Below, piece by piece: positions 19,969-30,710 of a stretch of 63,585 nt of DNA. Each line of letters opens with the position of its first letter. Within the stretch, counting starts at the first letter, position 1. The stretch lies in assembly GCA_964487735.1 (NCBI GenBank), contig CAZASJ010000009.1, positions 388 through 63,972 of the forward strand, given 5' to 3'. The notes below the pieces were generated by a model that saw only the letters and a list, made by a program, of their open reading frames with translations, was not told the origin of the DNA and made no database searches. This stretch comes from an uncultured Bacteroidales bacterium (GTDB taxonomy: Bacteria > Bacteroidota > Bacteroidia > Bacteroidales > B18-G4). A program made the position numbers and the translations under genes.

Positions 19969-21993
19969 ATGCCAAATAAGCTTATCCATGAAACGAGCCC
20001 GTATTTGTTGCAACATGCAAACAATCCTGTAGACTGGCATCCCTGGAATGAGGAAGCCCTATCCCTCGCGAAAAAAATAAATCGCATGCTGATTGTCAGT
20101 ATAGGATATTCAGCATGTCATTGGTGTCATGTAATGGAACATGAGTGTTTTGAAGATCCTGAGGTAGCATCACTGATGAATGATCATTATGTATCGGTTA
20201 AAATCGACCGGGAAGAACGCCCTGACCTTGATCATGTGTACATGGAATCAGCTTATCTTATAAATGGCAGTGGTGGCTGGCCATTAAATGTTATTTGCCT
20301 TCCCGACGGAAGGCCGGTATACGCAGGAACATACTTCCCAAAGGGTAAATGGATGCAAGTGCTGGGCTATTTATCAGATCTGCAAAATTCCCAGCCGGAG
20401 CTTCTGGAAAATCAGGCCGAAAACCTGCTCAAAGAAATGAAAAAGCCCCTGAACATTCCTGACATAGAGGATCCGGGTATGCCTGCACAATCAGATATTA
20501 AATTAATTCATTCCGGCATTACGCATAAGATCGATTTTGAAAAAGGAGGGATGTATGGAGCTCCCAAGTTTCCAATGCCCATCGTTTTTGAATACCTTTT
20601 GAATAATTATTCAATATATGGACGAGAGGAGAGCCTTCAGGGGGTCATTTCCAGTCTTGATGCCATGGCTGCCGGAGGGATCTACGACCAACTTGGTGGA
20701 GGTTTTTCCAGATACTCAACAGACGCCGACTGGAAAGTGCCTCACTTTGAAAAAATGCTTTATGACAATGCCCAGTTGCTCAGTCTTTATTCAAACACTT
20801 ATAAAGTCACAAACAATGAAGATTACAAGATCGTAATCAGGGAAACCATTGATTTTGTAAAAAGGGAATTGCGATCCCCGGAGGGTGGTTTTTTTTCAGC
20901 CCTGGATGCTGACAGTGAAGGAGAAGAGGGACGGTATTATGTATGGACAAAAAATGAAATTTTAGCGTATGGCGGAGATCATGCAGAAGCCTTTTGTAAT
21001 TTCTACAGAATAGAAAAAGATGGCAATTGGGAGGATGGAAAAAACATTCTCTACAGGACAAAAGAAAACATATTGCCCGATTTACAGAACGGCGATTTAG
21101 CTTCTTTCCTTGATATTAAAAATAAACTGCTTACTGTCCGCGACAGGCGAGAACGTCCGGGCCTGGATGATAAGATTTTAACCTCCTGGAATGCCATGAT
21201 GCTGATAGGGCTTGTGGATGCTTATCGTGCGCTTGGTGACGAACAACACCTTGAGCTGGCATTGCAAAATGCCCATTTCTTAAAAACATACGTCATTAGG
21301 GAAGATTATAGCCTGACAAGAAGTTTCAAGGATGGAGTAGCCAGCATTCAAGGGTTCCTGGATGACTATGCATACCTGGCAGATGCTTTCATTCATCTTT
21401 ATCAGATAAGCTTTGATGAAAGCTGGCTGATCCTTGCAGACAAGCTATCGGCCTATGCTGTGGAACACTTTTATGATGCATCTGCCAATCGGTTTTACTA
21501 TACCTCTTCAAAGGACCCGGAACTTATCATGAGGCCGTCTGAAATGAGCGATAACGTGATTCCTTCCTCATCATCCAGGATGGTAGAGGTTTTGGGACTT
21601 CTTGGCCGATATTTTGACAATAATCAATACCGGGCTCTCTATGAAAAATTATTGAAGAGCATGATCCCGGCCATCATCAAAAATCCTTCTTTTCATGCAG
21701 CCTGGGCAATTCAGCTCGACCGCTACATGAATCCATCACACGAGCTCATTATTTTAGGCCCTGAAGCCATGGCATTCAAAAAACAAATTGAAAGAAATTA
21801 TTTTCCGGGATTATTGATCTCCGGCGGAGAAAAAAGGGGGACATTATCGCATTTTGGGTATAAATACATAGAAGGCAAGACCATGGTATATATTTGCCGG
21901 GATGGAAGTTGCAGGCAACCAACTGAATCCATAGATAAAGCAATTCAACAGATTTCTCGGGAATTGGAAGATCTAAGAAATCAAAAACAATAG
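19969..21993 (+). CDS. Thioredoxin domain-containing protein (YyaL/SSP411, DUF255 plus alpha/alpha toroid)
   Basis: [44 protein letters not shown]. Confidence 0.92.
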   Translation: MPNKLIHETSPYLLQHANNPVDWHPWNEEALSLAKKINRMLIVSIGYSACHWCHVMEHECFEDPEVASLMNDHYVSVKIDREERPDLDHVYMESAYLINGSGGWPLNVICLPDGRPVYAGTYFPKGKWMQVLGYLSDLQNSQPELLENQAENLLKEMKKPLNIPDIEDPGMPAQSDIKLIHSGITHKIDFEKGGMYGAPKFPMPIVFEYLLNNYSIYGREESLQGVISSLDAMAAGGIYDQLGGGFSRYSTDADWKVPHFEKMLYDNAQLLSLYSNTYKVTNNEDYKIVIRETIDFVKRELRSPEGGFFSALDADSEGEEGRYYVWTKNEILAYGGDHAEAFCNFYRIEKDGNWEDGKNILYRTKENILPDLQNGDLASFLDIKNKLLTVRDRRERPGLDDKILTSWNAMMLIGLVDAYRALGDEQHLELALQNAHFLKTYVIREDYSLTRSFKDGVASIQGFLDDYAYLADAFIHLYQISFDESWLILADKLSAYAVEHFYDASANRFYYTSSKDPELIMRPSEMSDNVIPSSSSRMVEVLGLLGRYFDNNQYRALYEKLLKSMIPAIIKNPSFHAAWAIQLDRYMNPSHELIILGPEAMAFKKQIERNYFPGLLISGGEKRGTLSHFGYKYIEGKTMVYICRDGSCRQPTESIDKAIQQISRELEDLRNQKQ

Positions 21994-22031
21994 GAAATTA
22001 AATCCGTATATTTACAAACGAAAGGAATTCA

Positions 22032-23777
22032 ATGGAAAAACGCTGGGTGTTTAAAAATCAGGGTGAAGAGGAAATTGTCCGGAATCTTGCCGAAGAGTTA
22101 AGTATTGACCTTAACCTTTCTAACCTTCTTGTTCAGCGTGGAATTCATTCTTTTGACCAGGCCAGGTCTTATTTCCGCCCCCAACTTGACGACCTCCACG
22201 ACCCCTTTCTGATGAAGGACATGGATAAAGCCATTGAGCGTATTTATTCTGCTGTGAATACTGGTGAAAAGATCATGGTTTACGGAGATTATGATGTGGA
22301 CGGAACCACTGCTGTTGCGCTGATTTATTCATTTCTTCACCGCTTTTATCAAAACATTGATTTCTATATCCCCGACAGGGATACCGAAGGTTATGGGATT
22401 TCCTATCAGGGAATTGACTATGCATGTGAAAATGGTTTTACCTTGATGATTATTTTGGATTGCGGAATCAAAGCCATTGAAAAGACCATTTATGCCAAAG
22501 AGAAGGGCCTGGATTTTATTATCTGCGATCATCACCGGCCCGGTGATGAAATTCCGCCCGCATATGCTGTACTGGATCCCAAAAGAAATGATTGCCCTTA
22601 TCCTTTTAAGGAACTTTCAGGCTGTGGGGTTGGCTTTAAACTTGCCCAGGCCTATGCACAAAAAAACAACATCCCTATAACTGAATTGATGCCACTTTTA
22701 GACCTTGTAGTGGTAAGTATCGCATCGGATATTGTTCCTATAAATGGAGAAAACAGGATTCTTGCCCACTATGGGCTCGACCTCCTCAATAAGAATCCCC
22801 GCACAGGTATTGAAGCCATTCTTCTGGTTGGAAATGTGAAACGCACAAACAATCCGCTTGAAGAGTACATTTTTAACAAAGAATTAACCATCAGCGATCT
22901 TGTTTTCATGGTTGGCCCTCGCATCAATGCGGCCGGGCGTATTGAAAGCGCAAAAAACTCCGTTCGCTTATTGATAGAACCACAGTTCAAGCAGGCCATG
23001 GAAATAGCAAGAAAAATAAACCTGTTGAACGATGAGCGTAAAAGCCTTGACCTTAATGCCACCACGGATGCACTTCGCATTATCAGAGAAAACGATGAAA
23101 TGCGCAATGCCAATTACACCGTAGTTTACGACGAGGAGTGGCACAAAGGCGTTGTCGGGATTGTTGCCTCCAGGCTCACAGAAACCTATTACCGCCCTAC
23201 AATTGTACTTACATATTCCAACGGCCTGATAACCGGCTCTGCCAGGTCGGTTAAGGACTTTGATATATATGATGCCGTAGATGCTTGTAATGAATACCTG
23301 GAACATTTCGGAGGACATAAATATGCTGCAGGGCTCTCCCTGAAAAAGGAAAATCTCGAAAATTTTAAACGCTGTTTCGGAGAATATGTTAATAAGCACA
23401 TAACCAAAGAGCAGCTGGTACCTGAGGTTGAAATTGACGCTGAGATCATATTACGAGACATCGGTTCACGCTTTTACAGGATACTGAAGCAATTCGCACC
23501 ATTCGGGCCGGGCAACCTTTCGCCCTTGTTTAAAACCCCGGGGCTTGTGGATACAGGTAAGGCCAGGATTGTAGGAAAAAACCACCTTAAGCTTGAAGTT
23601 GTGCACCCTGATATTTCGGGATTTCCATTCGCAGCCATAGCCTTCCAGCAAGGGCATCAATACAATGATATCAAGGAAGGTAAGCTTTTCAGTGCCTGCT
23701 ACCATATTGAAGAAAATGAATGGAATGGCGTTAAATCCATTCAACTCAATATCAAAGACCTTAAATTTGAAGAATAG
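22032..23777 (+). CDS. recJ: Single-stranded-DNA-specific exonuclease RecJ
   Basis: YGDYDVDG, DHH, PRINAAGR, GSARS, FGGH motifs. Confidence 0.97.
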   Translation: MEKRWVFKNQGEEEIVRNLAEELSIDLNLSNLLVQRGIHSFDQARSYFRPQLDDLHDPFLMKDMDKAIERIYSAVNTGEKIMVYGDYDVDGTTAVALIYSFLHRFYQNIDFYIPDRDTEGYGISYQGIDYACENGFTLMIILDCGIKAIEKTIYAKEKGLDFIICDHHRPGDEIPPAYAVLDPKRNDCPYPFKELSGCGVGFKLAQAYAQKNNIPITELMPLLDLVVVSIASDIVPINGENRILAHYGLDLLNKNPRTGIEAILLVGNVKRTNNPLEEYIFNKELTISDLVFMVGPRINAAGRIESAKNSVRLLIEPQFKQAMEIARKINLLNDERKSLDLNATTDALRIIRENDEMRNANYTVVYDEEWHKGVVGIVASRLTETYYRPTIVLTYSNGLITGSARSVKDFDIYDAVDACNEYLEHFGGHKYAAGLSLKKENLENFKRCFGEYVNKHITKEQLVPEVEIDAEIILRDIGSRFYRILKQFAPFGPGNLSPLFKTPGLVDTGKARIVGKNHLKLEVVHPDISGFPFAAIAFQQGHQYNDIKEGKLFSACYHIEENEWNGVKSIQLNIKDLKFEE

Positions 23778-23809
23778 TTTTCTATAGCCTTAAAACAAGC
23801 ACTCTTATC

Positions 23810-24346
23810 TCAGCCCTCCTTTAAACCAAAAGAATATAGCGTAATAAAGGCTCCGAAAATGATGGCAAAGACCCCTATCATTTTCAGGGTCTCTATAGCT
23901 GTTTCAATAGGATTGAAAAACAAAACAAATCCGGCAGCAATCACAATAATCGCATTCAATAAGAGCAGCCACCTTGTACGCACACCCTTGTTGGCACTCA
24001 TGGCAGCAAAGAGCTGTGTAAAGCCCACAGAAACCGCCCAAATGGCCACAAAGATGATAAATAGCTCTACATCCGCCCTGGAGTGGTGATAAACAATAAT
24101 AAGTACGCCAAGTACAAGGTCCAGAAGGCCTTCAAAAAGCCATAAAACTCTTTTTTTATTTTGTTTTATGTTATTCAGGGCTCCGCCCATAAGAAACACC
24201 CCACTCATAATAATAAAACCTCCAAAAAGCTGAACAAGCCAATCAAGGGTTGCATGTGGAACCAGTAATGCTACAAGGCCAAATGCTATGGCGAACACAC
24301 CCTTAACAGTATAGGTCCACCAATTCTTAAATAATTTTGTTTCCAT
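23810..24346 (-). CDS. HdeD/DUF308 family membrane protein
   Basis: Six short TM helices with repeated GxxxIxxG pattern. Confidence 0.8.
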   Translation of the reverse strand: METKLFKNWWTYTVKGVFAIAFGLVALLVPHATLDWLVQLFGGFIIMSGVFLMGGALNNIKQNKKRVLWLFEGLLDLVLGVLIIVYHHSRADVELFIIFVAIWAVSVGFTQLFAAMSANKGVRTRWLLLLNAIIVIAAGFVLFFNPIETAIETLKMIGVFAIIFGAFITLYSFGLKEG

Positions 24347-24395
24347 AGGAAATGTTTGTTTTTGGGTAAATTTGGAATGACTATACTGTTGTATG

Positions 24396-24926
24396 CTAAT
24401 CGCTTTTCATGGAAAATGAAAAATAGACAAGTATCATTCCCATGATAATGAAAATTGCACCGACTATCTTTAAGATCGCTCCGGCCACAAAAGCAGGATC
24501 AAGTAAAAACAGCAGGCCTATACCAAACATTAGTATTCCGCCAATCAGAAACATGCTGCGGTATTCTTTCGCCTTGACGAGGGCGATGGCAATATATATC
24601 TTAAACAATCCAAGCATCAGAGCCCATATTCCTATAAAAACAAAGAATATTTTCAAGCTGGCCCCCGGATACAACATGATCAGTGCCCCTAAAATAACTG
24701 TAATCAATCCTTCGGCAAGCATCAGTGCATAATCCGCCTGCTTGCGACGACGGTCATATGCACCTACTAAAAGCAATACACCCCCTATTAATACAAGTAA
24801 ACCAAAATATACCGAGATGCTTAACAATAGTTCCCCGGTAGCAAAGAGTGCAAAACCCCCAAACAATATCGCCAGCAAACCATTAACAATCAATACCCAT
24901 TTGTTCTTTTGAAGATTCGTTTTCAT
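24396..24926 (-). CDS. HdeD/DUF308 family membrane protein (tandem paralog)
   Basis: Same length and TM pattern as the neighbour; both start MxTxLxKNxW. Confidence 0.8.
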   Translation of the reverse strand: MKTNLQKNKWVLIVNGLLAILFGGFALFATGELLLSISVYFGLLVLIGGVLLLVGAYDRRRKQADYALMLAEGLITVILGALIMLYPGASLKIFFVFIGIWALMLGLFKIYIAIALVKAKEYRSMFLIGGILMFGIGLLFLLDPAFVAGAILKIVGAIFIIMGMILVYFSFSMKSD

Positions 24927-24950
24927 ATCAAATGTTTTTTATTTATAATC

Positions 24951-25589
24951 CTAATAAAATTCAATAAATGCCCTGATCAGAAGGAAAATCCCAAAAACAC
25001 TGAGTCCTGCTCCCGCCACCCAGTTTATCCACTGAATAAAACGGGGCGTTATTAAGCCCTTGATCTTATATGCACCAAAACATTTCAGCATGTCGGTGGA
25101 AAGAATAACCAGCAAAGTGGTAGCAAACAGTACAATTACAGAGTCCGTTTCTCCCTTATAATTTGTTGTTACGGTTGTGACCCATAATATCCAAAACAGC
25201 CATACAAAGGGGTTGGTAAAGTTCAGGAAAAAGCCTTTTAAGATAAAGGTAATGGGGTTGGGTGATTTGCTGTCTTCACCATCTTCATCTTCCGATATCT
25301 TTACCTTTCGGGTAAAGGTAAATACACCAAAAACAATCAGAATAATGCCTGTAATAAGTCCGAAAGCTAATTGATTTTCCGGTGTTTCATTAATAATTTG
25401 AAGTGCCCCCAGGAGGCAAAGGGTAACAAGGGTTACGTCGCTGAGAAAAATTCCGAATGCAAGCTGAAATCCTGCAAATAACCCCCTGTGGATGCTGGTT
25501 TGGATAAGGGCAAATAATGCGGGACCAAAGCCAAACAAAAAAGCCAGGGTTAATCCAAGTATTATTCCTTCCCAAATTGGGGTTATCAT
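24951..25589 (-). CDS. LysE family translocator
   Basis: GP...G...GIFLSD N-terminal motif, GFFLNFTNP, six TMs. Confidence 0.85.
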   Translation of the reverse strand: MITPIWEGIILGLTLAFLFGFGPALFALIQTSIHRGLFAGFQLAFGIFLSDVTLVTLCLLGALQIINETPENQLAFGLITGIILIVFGVFTFTRKVKISEDEDGEDSKSPNPITFILKGFFLNFTNPFVWLFWILWVTTVTTNYKGETDSVIVLFATTLLVILSTDMLKCFGAYKIKGLITPRFIQWINWVAGAGLSVFGIFLLIRAFIEFY

Positions 25590-27130
25590 TTATTGTTCGT
25601 TTTATACTCGTTGAGATACGTTTCCCATTGAGTGTATTTTTCTCCCTTCAACACCCTTGGAAATTTATTGGCGCCTCCTTCTTTTCCATGAACCTTCATC
25701 CAATATGAAAATGCAGACGGGGGCAATATTTCAAGGAAAACATCTGTTACTGCAGCAATTCGCTCAACACGGTAATCATCATTCAATACTTTGATATACC
25801 CGTCAATCTTTTCCTTTGCCAGTTCCGGATCAATATCATCATCGGTGCCCAGATACCATTTATGTGCAAACATGCTTCCGTGCCTGAAGCCTGCTACTGT
25901 AAATTCCCTAATCTCGATATTAAATTCATCTTGCAGCATTTTAACTGCCATGTTCATGTTCTCTTGCGAAAGGTGTTCCCCACATAAGCTAAGAAAATGC
26001 TTTGTCCGCCCTGTAATCACGATTTCACAACTCTCTTTTGAGATAAATTTGATGGTATCTCCGATCAGGTAGCGCCAGGCTCCGGCACAATTCGAAAGCA
26101 AAAGAGCATATTCAACCCCCTCTTGCACCTCTTTTAAGGTGATGGCGGAAGGATTTTTCTTCATATTTCCCTCACTATCGAAGTTTTCATCGGTGAAGGG
26201 GATAAATTCATAAAAAAGGCCATTATCCACAACCAATTGCATAACCTTTTTATCAAGCCTGCTCTGATAAGCAATATACCCCTCTGAGGCCAGATAGGAC
26301 TCGTTAAAGATAACCGGTTTACCAAACAGTTTGTCAAAACTCTTTACATAGGGCTCAAAAGATACACCACTATGTACATAAACAGCCAGGTCAGGCCATA
26401 TATCGTGAATATTATTAAGCTTATGATGTTCAATGATGCGCTCAAGAATGATCTGTATCCAGGCAGGAACCCCCACAATGACGCCGATGTCCCAGTTGGG
26501 TGCCGATTTTACAATTTCATCCAGCTTAGTTTCCCAGTTTCTCTCCCTGGATATACGTTTGCCGGGTTTGTAAAAATGTTGAAACCAGAAAGGAATATTT
26601 CCAGCGGAAATACCTGACAGGTCGCCCTCATAGTATGTCCCATTGTAATTCAGATGTGTGCTTCCTCCGATCATAAGGATGCCCTTCTCGTAAAATTCGA
26701 TCGGAAACTTATACCTGGCTGTTGAAACCAGTTGGCGGATACTGATTCGTCTGATTGCCCTGATCATATCGCCTGTAACAGGTATTTGCTTACTTGACGA
26801 CTCCGAAGTTCCTGAGGTAAGGGCAAAATACTTAACCCTTCCGGGCCAGCTAACAAAGCCTTCTCCATTAATGGTCCTGTACCACCACTTCCTAAACATT
26901 GTGTTGTAATCGAATGTGGGAACAGATGCCTGAAAGGCCTTTACAATATCCTTTTCATTAAGAATTTTTGTAAAATTATAGTGCTCCCCAAAAGCAGTAT
27001 TCTGAGCTTTGGTTAGTAATTTGCGAAGTACCTTAATCTGTGCCTTGTTAAAATCTTTACTCCGGCGAATCTCAAAAGGAATGCTTCTGAGCTCGTATGC
27101 TCTCTTTATAATCGTACCAAGAATGGCCAT
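25586..27130 (-). CDS. GH3 auxin-responsive-promoter family protein (adenylating enzyme fold)
   Basis: LTSGTS, YLASEG, WRYLIGD, GRTK, KFPRV; start moved to MAILG at 27130 because the longer track start overlaps the divergent gene. Confidence 0.9.
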   Translation of the reverse strand: MAILGTIIKRAYELRSIPFEIRRSKDFNKAQIKVLRKLLTKAQNTAFGEHYNFTKILNEKDIVKAFQASVPTFDYNTMFRKWWYRTINGEGFVSWPGRVKYFALTSGTSESSSKQIPVTGDMIRAIRRISIRQLVSTARYKFPIEFYEKGILMIGGSTHLNYNGTYYEGDLSGISAGNIPFWFQHFYKPGKRISRERNWETKLDEIVKSAPNWDIGVIVGVPAWIQIILERIIEHHKLNNIHDIWPDLAVYVHSGVSFEPYVKSFDKLFGKPVIFNESYLASEGYIAYQSRLDKKVMQLVVDNGLFYEFIPFTDENFDSEGNMKKNPSAITLKEVQEGVEYALLLSNCAGAWRYLIGDTIKFISKESCEIVITGRTKHFLSLCGEHLSQENMNMAVKMLQDEFNIEIREFTVAGFRHGSMFAHKWYLGTDDDIDPELAKEKIDGYIKVLNDDYRVERIAAVTDVFLEILPPSAFSYWMKVHGKEGGANKFPRVLKGEKYTQWETYLNEYKTNNK

Positions 27131-27203
27131 GTAGGGGCAGGTTTGTTTAAACGGGATAAAATTAAGAAATAATTGGCTATTTTTATAAAATCTAAATTTA
27201 AAT

Positions 27204-28271
27204 ATGAAAAAGCATCTATTCAACCTCATACGCCTCCTCCTGTTACTGGCAATCGGAATCTTCGTCTATATAGCTGGGATACTGATTATTAATTCCGTAC
27301 AAAATTACAGTCCGGAAGACACAATAATCCCAGTTTCAATGAGTAACAGCCTTCAGCCTGTTGAAGAAAAAGGCATCCTGAGCATCCTGAGCTGGAACAT
27401 CGGATATGCCGGCCTGGGAGAAAATGCTGACTTTTTCTATGATGGCGGTAAAATGGTACGCCCCCCGAGAGAAGATTATGACCGCTATCATCAGGGAATT
27501 CTGAAGCAAATTAGCGAACTTGACAGCATTGATTTTATCATCCTTCAGGAAGTAGATACCTTCTCCCGCCGATCGTATGGCATAAATCAATTCAAAGAAT
27601 TTCAAAACACCTTAACTTCACATTCAGGAATATTTGTAAAGAATTACGACGTACTATATGTTCCCTTGCCTTTCCTCAATCCTATGGGAAGAGTGGTCTC
27701 GGGTTTATCATTATTCTCAGCATACCGTATTCAAGAATCATCACAGATCGTATTTCCTGAAAGCTTTGCATGGCCCAATGGGCTTTTCATGCCAGATCGT
27801 TGTTTTATCCATGCAATTTTTGCTCTCAGCTCCGGCAAATCGTTACACATCATCAACACCCACAACTCTGCTTTCGATGATGGTTCACTCAGAAACAGCC
27901 AGCTTGAAATTCTTTATGACATAATGCTAGGCGCCTATGAAAATGGTGATTATGTAATTGCCGGAGGCGATTGGAATATGAACCCTGCAGGATATTCAAA
28001 TACAACATTCATAAGTGGAGATCCGGCCTTTGGCTTATCTGATATCGCGGCCGTTGAAGGTCCGGAGAAAAACTGGCAACTGGCTTTTAATACGCTCTAT
28101 CCTACAAATCGGGATGTGTCCACAAAATACATCCCCGGAACAAGCATAGCCACAATCATTGACTATTTTGTTTGTTCCCCAAACATTCAGGTACACGAAG
28201 TCAAATGCCTTTATGACGGTTTCAAATACAGCGACCATCACCCGGTTATTCTTCGCTTTGAGCTAAAATAA
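27204..28271 (+). CDS. Endonuclease/exonuclease/phosphatase family protein, membrane-anchored
   Basis: SWNIGY, LQEVD, NTH, GGDWN, IDY, SDHHPV; N-terminal TM. Confidence 0.9.
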   Translation: MKKHLFNLIRLLLLLAIGIFVYIAGILIINSVQNYSPEDTIIPVSMSNSLQPVEEKGILSILSWNIGYAGLGENADFFYDGGKMVRPPREDYDRYHQGILKQISELDSIDFIILQEVDTFSRRSYGINQFKEFQNTLTSHSGIFVKNYDVLYVPLPFLNPMGRVVSGLSLFSAYRIQESSQIVFPESFAWPNGLFMPDRCFIHAIFALSSGKSLHIINTHNSAFDDGSLRNSQLEILYDIMLGAYENGDYVIAGGDWNMNPAGYSNTTFISGDPAFGLSDIAAVEGPEKNWQLAFNTLYPTNRDVSTKYIPGTSIATIIDYFVCSPNIQVHEVKCLYDGFKYSDHHPVILRFELK

Positions 28272-28341
28272 ACAGCTTTCATTTCTTTCTCGTTGAACCC
28301 TTTGCTTTAACTTTTGTTTATTGTATAAAAAGAAAAACACT

Positions 28342-28551
28342 ATGAAAACAAATATGGGAACTTTTGACAGGATACTAAGAGTTATACTGGCTATTGTGGT
28401 GGCAGTATTGATTTATATGGGTACCCTTAGCGGAACTGCAGCCATTGTCCTTGGAATTATTGCAGGCGTCTTTTTGATTACCGGCCTGGTCGGCACCTGC
28501 GGATTGTATACCCTTGTTGGGATAAACACCTGCCCTGTAAAGAAAAAGTGA
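28342..28551 (+). CDS. DUF2892 (YgaP-like) small membrane protein
   Basis: MKTNMGTFDRILR...TGLVGTCGLY...GINTC pattern; ATG at 28342 preferred over the TTG at 28321. Confidence 0.88.
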   Translation: MKTNMGTFDRILRVILAIVVAVLIYMGTLSGTAAIVLGIIAGVFLITGLVGTCGLYTLVGINTCPVKKK

Positions 28552-29676
28552 TCAGGCGAAAAGTTCAGCAGAAATACCATCTGCAAATAATTTCCCCTTT
28601 GGTGTAAGAAACAAGCTGTTTCCATTAAGGATCATGCTATTATCATTGATAAATTTTTGTGCTCCCATTAAAAGCATGGATGCATATTCATCACCAAATT
28701 CCTGCTTAACGATGTCGAGATCGCAGCCCCAGATGGTGCGAAGGGATGTCATCACATATTCGTTGTACCGCTGATCGCCGGTCAGCACTTCCTCTTCAAA
28801 TGATTCATTGTAATATGCCTCCAGGTCGAGCCAGGCTTTCATTGAGGGCTTGTTCCACCTTCTGGAGAAACCATTATATGAGTGTGCGGATGGTCCAAGC
28901 CCCAGGTAGTGCCCCCCAGTCCAGTAAATACTGTTGTGTCGTGAGTAATGCCCCTCTTTTGCAAAATTGGATATCTCATAATGTATATATTCCTTGTCTT
29001 CGGTAAGCGAAAGGAGGGTTTTAAATTGATCAACCATAGCGGATTCGTCAGGAGAAACGGCCTTTTTGTTCTTGATCTTGACATAAAGGGCTGTTTTCTC
29101 TTCAACAGTCAATGCATATGCAGACAAATGAGGAATATCAAATGCAAAAAATGTATCCAGATTTTGTTCCCATTTCGCCTGACTCAAGCCTGGAATGCCA
29201 TAAATAAGATCAATGGTAATATTGCTCAGTCCGGCATCCTGTAAGATGTCGATCGCCGACTTTGCATCTTCAGCAGAATGGACCCTGTTAAGATAGGCCA
29301 GGTCATCATCAAAAAACGATTGAACACCCAGGCTTAGCCTGTTGATATCTGTATTTTTTATCTCTTTTACCCATTGCTTGTTTACATCATCCGGATTTGC
29401 CTCCAGCGTAATCTCCACTTCATTAGAAACAGTAAAACGGCTTTGCACGGCATTCAGGATTAATCCTATTTCTGATGTATCCAACAAGGAGGGGGTTCCT
29501 CCTCCAAGATATATCGTATTTACAAGATCTTTTCCAAGGTAATTTTTTTGCATATTTATTTCCCTTACCAGATTTGAAATAAAAGCCGGTTTATGCTTTA
29601 CTGATGTCATTGAAAAAAAATTGCAATAATGACATTTCGTTTTACAAAAGGGAATATGAATATAAATACCTGCCAT
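28552..29676 (-). CDS. hemW: Radical SAM heme chaperone HemW (HemN-like)
   Basis: YIHIPFCKTKCHYC (CxxxCxxC), GGGTPS, EANP, YEISNF, HNxxYW. Confidence 0.95.
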   Translation of the reverse strand: MAGIYIHIPFCKTKCHYCNFFSMTSVKHKPAFISNLVREINMQKNYLGKDLVNTIYLGGGTPSLLDTSEIGLILNAVQSRFTVSNEVEITLEANPDDVNKQWVKEIKNTDINRLSLGVQSFFDDDLAYLNRVHSAEDAKSAIDILQDAGLSNITIDLIYGIPGLSQAKWEQNLDTFFAFDIPHLSAYALTVEEKTALYVKIKNKKAVSPDESAMVDQFKTLLSLTEDKEYIHYEISNFAKEGHYSRHNSIYWTGGHYLGLGPSAHSYNGFSRRWNKPSMKAWLDLEAYYNESFEEEVLTGDQRYNEYVMTSLRTIWGCDLDIVKQEFGDEYASMLLMGAQKFINDNSMILNGNSLFLTPKGKLFADGISAELFA

Positions 29677-29783
29677 AATATTTTAGAACCGTAAAATTAA
29701 TCCTATTTCGTCAATGCACTTCCACAGCTTGTCAATTAATGAATTTTGCTGTACTTTTATCCGGATTTCTAAATACGAAAACA

Positions 29784-30707
29784 ATGAAAAGGAGAGACTT
29801 TATTTTTAAAGGGCTCGGAGCAGGCATTCTTGCAGGCTCAGGGGTTTCCCTGAACGGGTTTTCACGTCTGATGGGCAATCCGGCAGCAGCTCCTGATGCT
29901 GCTTTTGACCTCGTGGCAGTAAAGGGAACCGATCCTGCAGCAATGTTTGATAAAGGCATCGATTCCATTGGGGGAATGGCAGAATTTGTTAAACCCGGGC
30001 AAACGGTTGTTATTAAGCCAAATATTGGCTGGGATGCTGTTCCGGAGCGTGCTGCAAACACAAATCCCGAACTGATCGGAAGAATTATAAAACGCTGTTA
30101 TGAGGCGGGAGCCAAATCAGTAAGCGTTTTCGATAATACCTGCGACGAGTGGAAGAAATGTTATACAAACAGTGGGATAGAAGAAGAAGTTAAAAAGGCC
30201 GGTGGTGCAATTGTTCCGGGAAATAGTGAAAGCTATTACAAAGATGTAACAGTGCCTGAAGGGAAAACCCTGACTGAAGCCAAGGTTCATGAGCTCATTC
30301 TGAATTCCGACGTTTTTATCAATGTTCCGGTATTGAAAAGTCATAGCTCTGCAAAGCTTACCATTGCCATGAAAAACCTCATGGGAGTCGTCTGGGACAG
30401 GCGTTGGTGGCATCAGAATGACCTTCACCAATGTATTGCCGACTACACCACATTCAGAAAGCCTGACCTGAACGTTATCGATGCTTACAGGGTGATGAAA
30501 CGAAACGGGCCAAGGGGTGTATCGGTAGAGGATGTGGTTACCCTGGATTCATTGATCATATCTAAAGACATTGTCGCTGCAGATGCTGCTGCTGCTAAAA
30601 TCTTTGGTTTTGAGCCTGAAGACATCCCATATATAGCCATTGCCAGCGAAATGGGCATCGGAAATATGGACCTGGCCACCCTCAATATAAACAGGATCAA
30701 AATGTAA
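29784..30707 (+). CDS. DUF362 domain Fe-S protein with Tat signal
   Basis: KRRDFI twin-arginine motif; KPNIGW, TNP, NVPVLKSH, KNLMG, DAVA-like motif. Confidence 0.88.
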   Translation: MKRRDFIFKGLGAGILAGSGVSLNGFSRLMGNPAAAPDAAFDLVAVKGTDPAAMFDKGIDSIGGMAEFVKPGQTVVIKPNIGWDAVPERAANTNPELIGRIIKRCYEAGAKSVSVFDNTCDEWKKCYTNSGIEEEVKKAGGAIVPGNSESYYKDVTVPEGKTLTEAKVHELILNSDVFINVPVLKSHSSAKLTIAMKNLMGVVWDRRWWHQNDLHQCIADYTTFRKPDLNVIDAYRVMKRNGPRGVSVEDVVTLDSLIISKDIVAADAAAAKIFGFEPEDIPYIAIASEMGIGNMDLATLNINRIKM

Positions 30708-30710
30708 GCG

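Noticed and set aside
26223-26231. Perfect DnaA box TTATCCACA
   Set aside because: A single copy inside the GH3 coding sequence; no box cluster and no unwinding element.
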